Origin: Candidatus Micrarchaeia archaeon
GTDB lineage: Archaea; Micrarchaeota; Micrarchaeia; Burarchaeales; Fermentimicrarchaeaceae
Assembly (NCBI GenBank): GCA_038871515.1
Contig: JAVZHX010000001.1
Location: 416,001 to 480,000, forward strand
Length of the DNA stretch: 64,000 nucleotides
Direction of reading: 5' to 3'
How positions within the stretch are numbered: the first letter of the stretch is position 1; each line of letters begins with the position of its first letter. The notes beneath the pieces are model-generated. The model worked only from the letters and a program-made list of their open reading frames with translations. It was not told the origin of the DNA and did no database searches. The position numbers were made by a program, and so were the translations under genes. Shown one piece after another: positions 19,543 through 29,335 of this stretch.

Positions 19543-20446
19543 GCGCAACACCAACCAGCTCCGTCACATTTCTATAGCCATTCTCCTCCATCCAAACTTC
19601 CATCTCCTCACAAACTTTTCTGAAAATTTCAATTCCTCTGTAATAAACACCACTTGCAATTCCAACTGCAGTTGCGCCTGCCTGCATCATCTCAATCGCA
19701 TCCCTTCCCTCCACAACACCACCCATCCCAAGAATTGGTATTTCAACTGCCTCATAAATGTCATAAACACATCTTACCGCAATCGGCCTTATTGCAGGAC
19801 CGGAAATGCCTCCCCTCCCATAACTTAGCACTGGCTTTCTTACCTCAACGTTAATCACCATCCCAGGGCCAACTGTGTTTATTGCAGATATTGCATCCGC
19901 GCCTGCTTCCTCGCATGCCTTTGCAACAGCGCCAATATTCAGCGCTTGTGGAGTGAGCTTTGGCATTACAGGAACTCTACCTGCAACATCCTTCACTGCA
20001 GAAACAACTTCATAAGCAAGCTTCTCGCTGCAACCAAAAACCATCCCCTCTGCTTTTGTGTTTGGGCAGGAAACATTCAGCTCAATTGCAGCTGGCTTGT
20101 GCTTTGCAACCGCCTCCCCAACCTCTCTGAACTCCTCAACAGACGCCCCATATATGCTCACAAAAACAGGTGCTTTCACCTCTTTTATTCTTGCAAGCTC
20201 CCCCTCCATTTCCTTATAACCAGGTGAGGGTAAGCCAACTGCGTTTATCATCCCCCACTCATAAGCAAGCACAGTTGGGTTTCTGTGCCCGCTTCTCTCC
20301 CTTGGGCCGATTGACTTAAATGTAACCGCGCCTGCCCCTTCCTCAACAACTCTTTTCAGCATCTCAACGTTTACTCCCAGAATCCCAGATGAAAGCACAG
20401 TTGGGTTCCTCATCCTCGCTCCACAAAACGAGACAGACAAATCCAT
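19535..20446 (-). CDS. pyrD: Dihydroorotate dehydrogenase 1B catalytic subunit
   Basis: Motifs NAVGL, ELNVSCPN, KLTP, AINT, GGISGPAI; start set at MDLSV. Confidence 0.95.
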   Translation of the reverse strand: MDLSVSFCGARMRNPTVLSSGILGVNVEMLKRVVEEGAGAVTFKSIGPRERSGHRNPTVLAYEWGMINAVGLPSPGYKEMEGELARIKEVKAPVFVSIYGASVEEFREVGEAVAKHKPAAIELNVSCPNTKAEGMVFGCSEKLAYEVVSAVKDVAGRVPVMPKLTPQALNIGAVAKACEEAGADAISAINTVGPGMVINVEVRKPVLSYGRGGISGPAIRPIAVRCVYDIYEAVEIPILGMGGVVEGRDAIEMMQAGATAVGIASGVYYRGIEIFRKVCEEMEVWMEENGYRNVTELVGVAHE

Positions 20447-20574
20447 CAGTTCACCCTTTAAATTATCAAAAGCAGAAAATAAAAGCCTATTGCAACCCCG
20501 TTGATAACCTAGAAGTCTGCTCCGCACCGAAATAGATATAAATAAGATAATTCTTACTTATCTTACGTGATTCT

Positions 20575-20847
20575 ATGAACATAGAAATAGTAAAATTATC
20601 ATCAAAAGGACAGCTGGTTTTACCACTTGCAATAAGAAAGCACTTCAGAGTTGGCAAGGGAGAAAGGCTGATGATAGTGGAGGAAGGAGGGACAATACTT
20701 CTCAAGCCCCTCAAGCAGATGAAACGCGATATTGAAGAAGAAATTTACCTGCTATCAAGAGCGGCTAAAGGGTGGGCGCAGGTTGAAAAAGGAAAAGCAA
20801 AAACAATGCTCAAAGATGAATTCCTGAGAGAGCTGTCAGCATGGTAA
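20575..20847 (+). CDS. AbrB/MazE/SpoVT-family antitoxin
   Basis: LSSKGQLVLP..IR motif; overlaps the downstream RelE gene. Confidence 0.88.
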   Translation: MNIEIVKLSSKGQLVLPLAIRKHFRVGKGERLMIVEEGGTILLKPLKQMKRDIEEEIYLLSRAAKGWAQVEKGKAKTMLKDEFLRELSAW

Positions 20848-21092
20848 AGAATATTGTCTTTACAAATAATTTTGAACGCTCAATACGCAAGCTTAAGGAT
20901 GCAGCACTGAGGGAGCGCATCAAAAAGAAGATTGCTGAGATTGTTGAGCGACCAGAAACTGGCAAACCACTTAGATTTCAGAGGAAAGGCGAAAGGTCCG
21001 TAAAGATTTCTCCATTCAGAATCATCTATGCTCTACAAGGTGATACGATATACTTCCTGGATTTTGATAAGAGAAACAAAGTCTATCGCTAA
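20841..21092 (+). CDS. RelE/ParE-family toxin
   Basis: 83 aa with GKPLR, FRIIY, R..VY. Confidence 0.85.
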   Translation: MVKNIVFTNNFERSIRKLKDAALRERIKKKIAEIVERPETGKPLRFQRKGERSVKISPFRIIYALQGDTIYFLDFDKRNKVYR

Positions 21093-21224
21093 TTCTGAAT
21101 AAAAGAGAAGATATTTTTCTCAAAACTTTTCTAATACCAATAGAAAACTTTATAGATAAACTACTAATACCGGGCTATGCTCTCCTCTCAGCTAAACACC
21201 GTTTTCTTTGATTATTAATTTTAA

Positions 21225-21267
21225 CTCACGTATGAGCGAAAAATTTAAAAATATGGCTCACGTATGA
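21225..21267. promoter_or_regulatory. Two CTCACGTATGA repeats (21225-21235, 21257-21267) flanking a TATA-like TTTAAAA upstream of the ATPase gene
   Basis: Exact 11-bp near-palindromic direct repeats; operator role inferred. Confidence 0.55.
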
Positions 21268-21273
21268 ACTACT

Positions 21274-22584
21274 ATGAAGGAAGACGAGATAGCGGAAATT
21301 TTACTTGACTGGAATTTTTGGGAAAAGGAGCAACCAGCAGGAATACCCAGGCCCCTCTATCAAGATACGATAAAGAATTTCCTCAAAACAAACCAGATTA
21401 TTGTAATCATAGGTGTAAGAAGAAGCGGCAAATCCACAATAATGATGCAGACAGCAAAAACGTTAATTGACTCCGGTACTGACCCTCATGACATATTACT
21501 GGTCAACTTTGAAGATTACAGATTTTACGAGTTTTCACTAAAACTTTTGCAACAAATTTATGATTTCTATCTTGAGAAGATAGCAAAAGGGAAGGATAGA
21601 TACATTTTTCTCGATGAGGTTCACAACATCAAAGGGTGGGAGAGGTTTGTTAGGACTCTAGTAGACAAGAAGGAGGCAAAGATAATTGTTTCAGGCTCCA
21701 GCTCAAAATTAATGGGCAGGGAGCTCGCCACCCTACTCACCGGCAGACACATAAACTTGCTCGTCTTCCCACTAACCTTCAAAGAATTCCTGCTCTTTAA
21801 AAATCTAAAATTAGACAAAGAGACAGAACGTATAAGCAGAAGGAGAGAGATAAAAAAACTGCTTGCTGAATTCCTTGGATATGGTTCATTTCCAGAGGTT
21901 GTTTTGGCAGATAAGAAAGTAAGATATAAAATGCTCGTTGATTACATTGAAAGTATAATAAACAAAGACATTGTGACGAGATATAGAATAAAGGAAACGC
22001 AAAAGCTCAGAGCATTAGTCAAATTCTATATGACAAATATAGCATCGCCAGTAAGCTTCAACAAAATAAAAAACTGGCTATCTCTTCCTTTGAGAACTGT
22101 GGAGAGGTTCTCCTACTATCTGGAAGAAGCCTATTTGGTATATTTCCTGAGAAGATTTTCCTTCAAGGTTAAGAAACAGGAAAAATCAGCGCGGAAGATA
22201 TATGTTATAGACCAGGGTTTGTCAAACGCATACGGGCTCAAATTCAGTGCGAATGTTGGCAGAGTAATGGAAAATGTCGTTCTGCTGGAACTGCTTAAGA
22301 ATGGCGCACAGGTTTATTACTGGAAAAGCCAAACAGGAAAAGAGGTGGACTTTGTCATTGAAGAAAACTTGAAAGCTAAACAACTCATTCAGATATGCTA
22401 TGACGTGAGCGATTATAACGTAAAAATTAGAGAGGCGAGTGCTTTAATAAAAGCTTCTGAGGAGCTGAAATGCAGAAATCTTGTTGTGATCACTTGGGAT
22501 TATGAATCCGAGGAAAAAATCCAAGGAGTTAAAATAAAATTTGTTCCTCTCTGGAAATGGCTTCTGGATGTCAAATCAGACTGA
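21274..22584 (+). CDS. COG1373-type AAA+ ATPase with C-terminal DUF4143/nuclease-like domain
   Basis: Motifs GVRRSGKS, FLDEVH, SGSSS, LTGR, K.Y.ID.G, EVDFVI. Confidence 0.9.
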   Translation: MKEDEIAEILLDWNFWEKEQPAGIPRPLYQDTIKNFLKTNQIIVIIGVRRSGKSTIMMQTAKTLIDSGTDPHDILLVNFEDYRFYEFSLKLLQQIYDFYLEKIAKGKDRYIFLDEVHNIKGWERFVRTLVDKKEAKIIVSGSSSKLMGRELATLLTGRHINLLVFPLTFKEFLLFKNLKLDKETERISRRREIKKLLAEFLGYGSFPEVVLADKKVRYKMLVDYIESIINKDIVTRYRIKETQKLRALVKFYMTNIASPVSFNKIKNWLSLPLRTVERFSYYLEEAYLVYFLRRFSFKVKKQEKSARKIYVIDQGLSNAYGLKFSANVGRVMENVVLLELLKNGAQVYYWKSQTGKEVDFVIEENLKAKQLIQICYDVSDYNVKIREASALIKASEELKCRNLVVITWDYESEEKIQGVKIKFVPLWKWLLDVKSD

Positions 22585-22611
22585 TGTTTTTAATTTTAAC
22601 TCATATATAAA

Positions 22612-23428
22612 CTACTTTTTTGAAATCACCACATACGCATAATTCCCCTCAATCACCCTATAAACTCTAAGACCTGCTTTCTTAAAAATATCCTCAATTT
22701 CACTCTTTCTCCATCTATGAGAGCTGAAAACTTTCTTCTTATTGGCATACACCGCAATATCATGCGTTTTTTCATCATACGTTATTATCGGTGGGACTCC
22801 AAATATCTCAACAACAGGATTCCATATCCAACTTTGAAAACTATAATCTATAAGCTCAAGATACTTCGCAATATCACAGCCACGTGGCCTAAGATGAGGT
22901 GGTATCCTTTTGATAGCCGCACCATCTATTCTCATATCCTCCGGTAACTTATAAAGCATCACAACAAACCTATCCTTCTTACTCATAACTTTTCTAACAC
23001 TCCTTAAAACCCTAACCCTCTCTTTGATTGGAAAGTTACCTAGGGTATTAACCAAACAAACAAAGATTTTTGGTATACCCCATCTCCTAACCAACATTTT
23101 AGTTTTACTCAAACTTCTAAAATCCTCTTGGATTAGTATCACTCGTTTTGAGCATTTCTTTGCAATCCTTCCACAGAACTCCAACATTGGCTTTGAAAAA
23201 TCTACCCCAACAATAAATGCGACATCCTTAATTCCCCCAAGCCATTCCAACGCCCTCCCAGGCCCAATTCCCAATTCAACAATAATTTTTTTTATTTTCA
23301 GGACGATATCCTTTGATAAATTTCACCAAATATTTCTCATCAACAATATCCAGTTTCTTCTGATATGCTTCATAAAATGCCTTCGGAGCTTTGCTGGACT
23401 TATATAAATCCACCCATTCGTACTCCAC
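22612..23428 (-). pseudogene. Class I SAM-dependent methyltransferase (EgtD-like motifs), frameshifted in an A8 run
   Basis: The 5' part (EYEWVDLYKS...RPENKK) matches the N-terminus of paralogue 29684-30502. One extra A at 23286-23293 shifts the frame just before IIVELGIGPG. Confidence 0.8.
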
Positions 23429-23443
23429 AAAACCACTTCCAAC

Positions 23444-24001
23444 TTACTTCTCAGAAGGTATGCTAACTGGGTCGAATATCCACTTACCCTTCAGCTCAAA
23501 CGGCCTCATACTCCAAACTTTCTCCACCCACCCCTGCTTAATCAACTCCTCCCCAAACCGTTGGTATTCATCCAAATCCTGTGTGGTGACAACCAGAAGC
23601 AAATCCCATTCAGTTCCCTGGAGGGAGTAGGCCTGTCTCACTATGTTCACACCAAGTTTCTTCTGGGTTTCTATTATTCTCTCAATTATTTCAGTCCACC
23701 CACGTGGATACTCTATCTCAACCCCGACAACAGGAGGTGATAAATTAGCTTTTATGAAAACAATGAGATACTCATCCCACAGCCTGACTGGGTCGATAAT
23801 TGCAGAATTTGTTTTTATTATAATCCTACGCCTTTTAAGAGAAACAATTCTCCTCCGTAATTCATTCAAGCTAATGCCAACTTTTTTACTCAGTTCCATC
23901 AACTCAGTCTTGCTAACTTCCCTCTCTTTCACAAGAAGATTCATTATCCTAAGATCTATTGCATCAATTTTCTCTTTGCTAATCTTTTTATATAACTTCA
24001 T
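23444..24001 (-). CDS. Lrp/AsnC-like transcriptional regulator
   Basis: IDAIDLRIM, HTH region and GTEWDLLL; paralogue of 30507-31106. Confidence 0.75.
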   Translation of the reverse strand: MKLYKKISKEKIDAIDLRIMNLLVKEREVSKTELMELSKKVGISLNELRRRIVSLKRRRIIIKTNSAIIDPVRLWDEYLIVFIKANLSPPVVGVEIEYPRGWTEIIERIIETQKKLGVNIVRQAYSLQGTEWDLLLVVTTQDLDEYQRFGEELIKQGWVEKVWSMRPFELKGKWIFDPVSIPSEK

Positions 24002-24109
24002 AATTCCACAATATTATACTGGGTATTATAAATAAACTTTACTTAACATTCGCTACGGGAAACGGAAGAATCCACACCGCATATGTAATGTCAGAACTGA
24101 GGATTTCTG

Positions 24110-24150
24110 CTACCTAATCTCATATGGTCTTACTTCCTCAAAGCTCACAA
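24110..24150 (-). repeat. Remnant 3' end of the PD-(D/E)XK-like gene (VSFEEVRPYEIR*)
   Basis: 24120-24150 is identical (31 bp) to 28651-28681. Confidence 0.8.
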
Positions 24151-24187
24151 TAATATAATAAAATTCCCCTACTCACAGAAATTTATT

Positions 24188-24622
24188 CTACAGTGGCCTC
24201 ACCACAACTTTCCGATTATCCAAATTTTTTAACTCTCCTTCCAACCATTGCTTACCCACTTCTGTCTCTAAGACTTTCTTCACTTCTGACTCAATTTTCT
24301 TTCCGTCATAATTCGCATATTCCTTAACCCCCTGAAATTTACCTATCTTTATTAGCTCGCCCGTTTTATCAAACTCTGCGCTTAACTTCATCAATACATC
24401 TTCTCTTAACCCCCACAATTTACCCTCTCTTCCAACTACCTTCATATCAAGTTTCACTCTTTCGTTTAATTTTACCGATACTTGCACTTCCTTCTGGTTG
24501 CCATGCTCGTCAATCTCTCTTCCCACAAGAATGCGCTCTCCTTCAACTAGCCAATGAGGCTGTATGCTGAGACGTACCCCATCTATCACCATCTCTTCAC
24601 GAATTTTAACCCCACTACCCAA
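24188..24622 (-). CDS. Hypothetical protein, paralogue of 31267-31722
   Basis: Shared PH.L.E...LVGR, ED.L.K..A.F, GKQWL..EL.NL. Confidence 0.7.
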   Translation of the reverse strand: MGSGVKIREEMVIDGVRLSIQPHWLVEGERILVGREIDEHGNQKEVQVSVKLNERVKLDMKVVGREGKLWGLREDVLMKLSAEFDKTGELIKIGKFQGVKEYANYDGKKIESEVKKVLETEVGKQWLEGELKNLDNRKVVVRPL

Positions 24623-24654
24623 ATCATCACCTTTGGTTATCTATTGAATTGAAA

Positions 24655-25194
24655 TTAAAGCTGGTAAGGTCTTACTTCCTCAAAGCTCACAACAAAGCTC
24701 TTAGGATACCTCTGCACTGACTGCTTCACCTCTTCCCTCAACTTCCTTAAGGATGCAACAAACAGAACCAGCTCCCTTCCCCTTTTCCTCTTCTCAGCTT
24801 CCCTTGCCCTCTCCATCAGTGATTCAATTTCCTTCTCTGTAACCTCCTCCCCCCACTTCACCTCCCCAACAACAAGGTACTTTGAATTCACTCCCACCGC
24901 ATCAAAGCAGGCATTTCCCCAAATATTTTTAGCCTCTCCAAGGGGAGGGACTGCAAACCCTGCATGCACCAGCGCATCCCTCACCCTGTCCTTTGCAAAC
25001 TTCTGCATTTTCTCCACTTCAATAATCTTTCCACTTTCCATCAGAACTTCCTGGTAGTTGCCTGTGTACTCCAATGCGCACAGAACCTTTCTTCTGAGGA
25101 GAGAAACAGGATCCTCCACCTCCTCGACTACCGCTTGCCTAACCGGCTCCTCCCTTTTAATCACCTTGCCCAGCATGGCAAGGAGACCCACCAT
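24655..25194 (-). CDS. PD-(D/E)XK restriction-endonuclease-like protein (copy A)
   Basis: FDAVG...LVVGEVKW motif; GGAGGTG ribosome-binding site upstream. Confidence 0.65.
   Translation of the reverse strand: MVGLLAMLGKVIKREEPVRQAVVEEVEDPVSLLRRKVLCALEYTGNYQEVLMESGKIIEVEKMQKFAKDRVRDALVHAGFAVPPLGEAKNIWGNACFDAVGVNSKYLVVGEVKWGEEVTEKEIESLMERAREAEKRKRGRELVLFVASLRKLREEVKQSVQRYPKSFVVSFEEVRPYQL
24668..25192. repeat. 525-bp direct repeat, copy A (matches 28657-29181)
   Basis: No mismatch found on base-by-base reading. Confidence 0.9.
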
Positions 25195-25611
25195 ACCACC
25201 TCCGAGAGTTAGTACACTACCCCTTTAAGTTTAGATGATCCTCCTTTAAACCACTTCCTTTTTCTATAATTTTTTAAAAAATGTAGACTAATTAACTAAT
25301 TTTAATCAATCCTAATACATTTTTCTAAATAAAAATTGCATATTATATGAACAAAATAACTTTAAGGAAGATAGAAACGCTTCTCGCAATTCATATGTTG
25401 TAGTCATATTTTCTATAATCTCTCTAAATTAATGATATTAAACATTATTTTTAAACAAAATTTAGATATAACTTATACTTATTGCACAACTAGACGAATC
25501 TTTCCACCCAACTGCTCAAATTCCATTTTTTACAAAACATAAATAAAACATCAACAAAAATACAATGTACTAAAAGAAAAATATTTATATTTTAAGCGCT
25601 ATATCAAATTT

Positions 25612-27300
25612 ATGGTCGAATTTGATGTGCTTTCTAATCTTGTTTTTAGGGAATTATGTATGAACAGCAGAGTGACAATAACCGACATAGCACACAAACT
25701 TAACTGCTCCAGAAACGCAGTAAAACGAAGAATAGACTTCCTTGGTAATGAGCTGAAGATCAAATATGTAACTGAGTTGGACGAGAGAGAACTTGGGTTT
25801 GCATATAACTATATAATCCGGGCTAAACTCAAAAAACCCATCGACAAAAACACTCTGCTAAACTATCTCAAACACGATCCAGTTCCACAATTTGCTGCTT
25901 TTACAAAAGGGGATTTTGACCTTATAATATACGCAACTGCAAAAACACATAACGAGTATTGCGAATGGGAGTATTGGATGCGTTACCTACTGAGAGACCA
26001 CCTTGAAAATTGGAACAACGCTCACTTCTTAGCTTCCAGATACGGTTTCTTTCCTCTTCATGAAAATGCTCTAGAAACAATATCCCTACCAACTCCGAGA
26101 AAAGAGATATTGCTGTTGTTAAACCGTAACTCACGCATTTCGCTAAAAGATTTGGCGAAAAGCACTAAACTAAGTCACCCAACAGCAAGATATCATGTCA
26201 CCAAGCTAGAGGAGTCAAGAGTTGTAAGGAGATTCACCGCAATTGCGAAGAAACCTCCCAAATCTGTCCATTTTTTCGTATTTTGGACATATCGTTTTAA
26301 TGAGGGGTTTGAAGAGAGGGCGATAAAAGTCAGAAAAATCATAAGAGACGAACCAGAGCAGATCACAATGAATAAATGCTCCTTCATAGCGAGCCTAAGT
26401 GGCACGGCTGACGAAGTTGCACTTCTCTCCTACGATGATATTGAAAGAGGTTATGAAGAGATAAAACTCATCGACAAGATATTCGCACCGGATGAAGTAA
26501 AAACAGAGAGCGGAATAATAACACAGGTAATCTATGGCGAGCTTCCATTCAGAAACACAGATATAAGCAAGCTGTATGATGTTTCATGGCCGATATATAA
26601 GCGGGTGGGAAGCACTAAAAAAGAGACTGCAAAAGAAAAACTCAATGCGCTTGATTATTTAAACGAATTCAATGAGAGATGGGGCAACATAGTCCTACCA
26701 CAAATTGACTCTTTTCTAAAAAGCAGAAAACCTTACCTTGATGTTACTCAGTATTTCAAAAACACAAAATCCCGAATTTTTGAGACAAATATAAAGAATG
26801 GCAAACACGTATATGCGCTATGTTTCGACGGTGCGAAAGGAATGGTTGATAAATTTGAGATAACTGAGAAAGGTGGGATACAGAGAGATTCAAATAACAA
26901 GTTAATTGTGAAGGTTAATGCCTCTATGGTAGTTATGGGGTTGCTTGACTTGTTCGTCCCATTCCTCACAACTGATGAAATCCTACCCTTTAACAGAACT
27001 CTTGAAAGACCGTATGGGTTGGACCCGAAGAGAGTTAGAAAAACTGTAACGAAACTTGGCAAAGACCCACGGAAAGATTTGATTTGCTTCTTCATCCAAG
27101 ACCCCCAAGAAATAGACGAGAAAATCAAACTGTTCCTGGTGGAGTTCAGGAGGTTGGTTAGTGGCGAGTATTTCAAAAGAGAAAAGGTATCAACCTTCAC
27201 AAAACCGCCCCACTACAACATAGGTAATGAGGAACTATCAAAACTTGTCAAAGAGCTCGTTGAGCAGTACTGCGAACCCACAGCTGGTGTGAAGAGGTGA
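25612..27300 (+). CDS. Tandem Lrp/AsnC-type regulator fused to an unknown C-terminal domain of about 230 aa
   Basis: Two wHTH units (NSRVTITDIA, NSRISLKDLA), KGDFDLI, then an unrelated tail. Confidence 0.7.
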   Translation: MVEFDVLSNLVFRELCMNSRVTITDIAHKLNCSRNAVKRRIDFLGNELKIKYVTELDERELGFAYNYIIRAKLKKPIDKNTLLNYLKHDPVPQFAAFTKGDFDLIIYATAKTHNEYCEWEYWMRYLLRDHLENWNNAHFLASRYGFFPLHENALETISLPTPRKEILLLLNRNSRISLKDLAKSTKLSHPTARYHVTKLEESRVVRRFTAIAKKPPKSVHFFVFWTYRFNEGFEERAIKVRKIIRDEPEQITMNKCSFIASLSGTADEVALLSYDDIERGYEEIKLIDKIFAPDEVKTESGIITQVIYGELPFRNTDISKLYDVSWPIYKRVGSTKKETAKEKLNALDYLNEFNERWGNIVLPQIDSFLKSRKPYLDVTQYFKNTKSRIFETNIKNGKHVYALCFDGAKGMVDKFEITEKGGIQRDSNNKLIVKVNASMVVMGLLDLFVPFLTTDEILPFNRTLERPYGLDPKRVRKTVTKLGKDPRKDLICFFIQDPQEIDEKIKLFLVEFRRLVSGEYFKREKVSTFTKPPHYNIGNEELSKLVKELVEQYCEPTAGVKR

Positions 27301-27359
27301 ACTAAAACTATCTAATGTTAATAGAAAAGTTTATAAATAAACTATTCTAATACTAAACT

Positions 27360-28628
27360 ATGTTATTCCACCCGATACTAAAGGAACAGAGGGAGGAGCT
27401 TGAGCAAATAGAAAGGGAAGAGAACATCATTGAACGGGATAAGCATAACGAGGCAAAAAACCTTTTGGAACACCCAAACATTCTTGCAGTTCTTGGAATT
27501 CGAAGGTGTGGCAAATCGGTTTTTTCGTATCTGCTTGCCAAAGACAGCATGGGTTATGTAAACTTTGATGATGAGAGGCTTGCCGGCTTGAAAGGACAGG
27601 AGCTTAACAACATCCTCCAATCAATCTACGAGCTTTATGGCGATGTGAAATACCTAGTCCTTGACGAGGTTCAGAATGTTGATAACTGGGAGCTCTTTGC
27701 TAACCGACTGAGGAGAACCAAGAGGGTTATTCTCACCGGAAGCAACTCCAAACTACTTTCAGGTGAACTTGCAACACACCTCACTGGAAGATATGTGAGC
27801 ATCAACCTATTCCCCTTCTCCTTCCAAGAATTTTTAAGATTTAAACGACACAAGTTGGAGGGGTTTCATACCACAAAGGAAAAAGCAATGCTCCTCACTC
27901 TTTTAAGGGAGTATTTGGAAACAGGAGGTCTCCCGGAAGCATACAAATTTGGCAAATCCATAATCGCGCGCATATATGACGACATAATCACAAAAGATCT
28001 TCTCCTGAGGTACAAAATAAAGAGAACCGCTGACCTCAGGCAGCTTGCAAGATATCTGGTAACAAACTCCGCGGAGGAGTTCACATACGGCAAACTCGCA
28101 AAAATTTTTGGGATAAAGCACATTTCAACGGTTTCCAATTGGGTTTCATACCTTGAGAATTCCTTCCTTTTATTCAAAATTGACAGGTTTGACTTCAAGC
28201 TCAAAAAACAATTCCTCGCCCCCAAGAAAATTTACTGCGTTGATACTGGAATTATTAATACAGTTGGCTTCAAGTTTTCAGAGGATACGGGAAGGATAAT
28301 TGAGAATGCAGTTGCTGTGGAACTACAGAGGAGAATAACCTCTGCTGAGAGGAAGGAAATTTACTACTGGAAGGATCACCTGCAAAACGAAGTTGATTTT
28401 GTGGTGAAGGAGGGAAAAAGGATTACCCAGCTGATTCAGGTTGCATACGCAACTAAGAGAAATGAAATTAGGAGGAAGGAGCTCACAGCATTGGTGAAGG
28501 CAGGCAGAGAGTTAAGGTGCAGAAACCTCCTCGTGATTACATGGGACTGCGAGCTTGAGGAGAGAGTTGGCGGATTCAGAGTAAGATTTGTTCCTCTCTG
28601 GAAATGGCTTCTTGGAGAGCCCAGATAA
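27360..28628 (+). CDS. COG1373-type AAA+ ATPase with DUF4143 domain
   Basis: Motifs GIRRCGKS, VLDEVQ, TGSNS, LTGR, KIYCVDTG, EVDFVV. Confidence 0.9.
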   Translation: MLFHPILKEQREELEQIEREENIIERDKHNEAKNLLEHPNILAVLGIRRCGKSVFSYLLAKDSMGYVNFDDERLAGLKGQELNNILQSIYELYGDVKYLVLDEVQNVDNWELFANRLRRTKRVILTGSNSKLLSGELATHLTGRYVSINLFPFSFQEFLRFKRHKLEGFHTTKEKAMLLTLLREYLETGGLPEAYKFGKSIIARIYDDIITKDLLLRYKIKRTADLRQLARYLVTNSAEEFTYGKLAKIFGIKHISTVSNWVSYLENSFLLFKIDRFDFKLKKQFLAPKKIYCVDTGIINTVGFKFSEDTGRIIENAVAVELQRRITSAERKEIYYWKDHLQNEVDFVVKEGKRITQLIQVAYATKRNEIRRKELTALVKAGRELRCRNLLVITWDCELEERVGGFRVRFVPLWKWLLGEPR

Positions 28629-28640
28629 TGGTTACCCCTG

Positions 28641-29180
28641 CTACTGAATTTCATATGGTCTTACTTCCTCAAAGCTCACAACAAAGCTCTTAGGATACCT
28701 CTGCACTGACTGCTTCACCTCTTCCCTCAACTTCCTTAAGGATGCAACAAACAGAACCAGCTCCCTTCCCCTTTTCCTCTTCTCAGCTTCCCTTGCCCTC
28801 TCCATCAGTGATTCAATTTCCTTCTCTGTAACCTCCTCCCCCCACTTCACCTCCCCAACAACAAGGTACTTTGAATTCACTCCCACCGCATCAAAGCAGG
28901 CATTTCCCCAAATATTTTTAGCCTCTCCAAGGGGAGGGACTGCAAACCCTGCATGCACCAGCGCATCCCTCACCCTGTCCTTTGCAAACTTCTGCATTTT
29001 CTCCACTTCAATAATCTTTCCACTTTCCATCAGAACTTCCTGGTAGTTGCCTGTGTACTCCAATGCGCACAGAACCTTTCTTCTGAGGAGAGAAACAGGA
29101 TCCTCCACCTCCTCGACTACCGCTTGCCTAACCGGCTCCTCCCTTTTAATCACCTTGCCCAGCATGGCAAGGAGACCCAC
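28641..29180 (-). CDS. PD-(D/E)XK-like protein (copy B; ATG changed to GCG, probable GTG start)
   Basis: Identical to copy A except the start codon and last residues; the ribosome-binding site is retained. Confidence 0.65.
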   Translation of the reverse strand: MGLLAMLGKVIKREEPVRQAVVEEVEDPVSLLRRKVLCALEYTGNYQEVLMESGKIIEVEKMQKFAKDRVRDALVHAGFAVPPLGEAKNIWGNACFDAVGVNSKYLVVGEVKWGEEVTEKEIESLMERAREAEKRKRGRELVLFVASLRKLREEVKQSVQRYPKSFVVSFEEVRPYEIQ

Positions 29181-29181
29181 C
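28657..29181. repeat. 525-bp direct repeat, copy B
   Basis: Matches 24668-25192. Confidence 0.9.
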
Positions 29182-29335
29182 GCACCACCTCCAAGCGACC
29201 TTTTATTGGCTGACAGATAGAATTTTAGCAAAAGGTATATATATAACTTTTGTTTTTTTATACACAGTAAAAAATAATTTACAAACCTCTAAAAAACAGC
29301 ATACAATTTTAAACTTTTAACTATAATTTTTTCTT

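Noticed and set aside
20447..20575. att-site duplication of the tRNA-iMet 3' end at the left border of the accessory region
   Set aside because: No copy of the tRNA end was found by eye, and no integrase is present.
29181..29231. N-terminal extension of PD-(D/E)XK copy B from an upstream TTG
   Set aside because: Similarity to copy A and the ribosome-binding site end near 29192, so GTG 29180 is the more plausible start.
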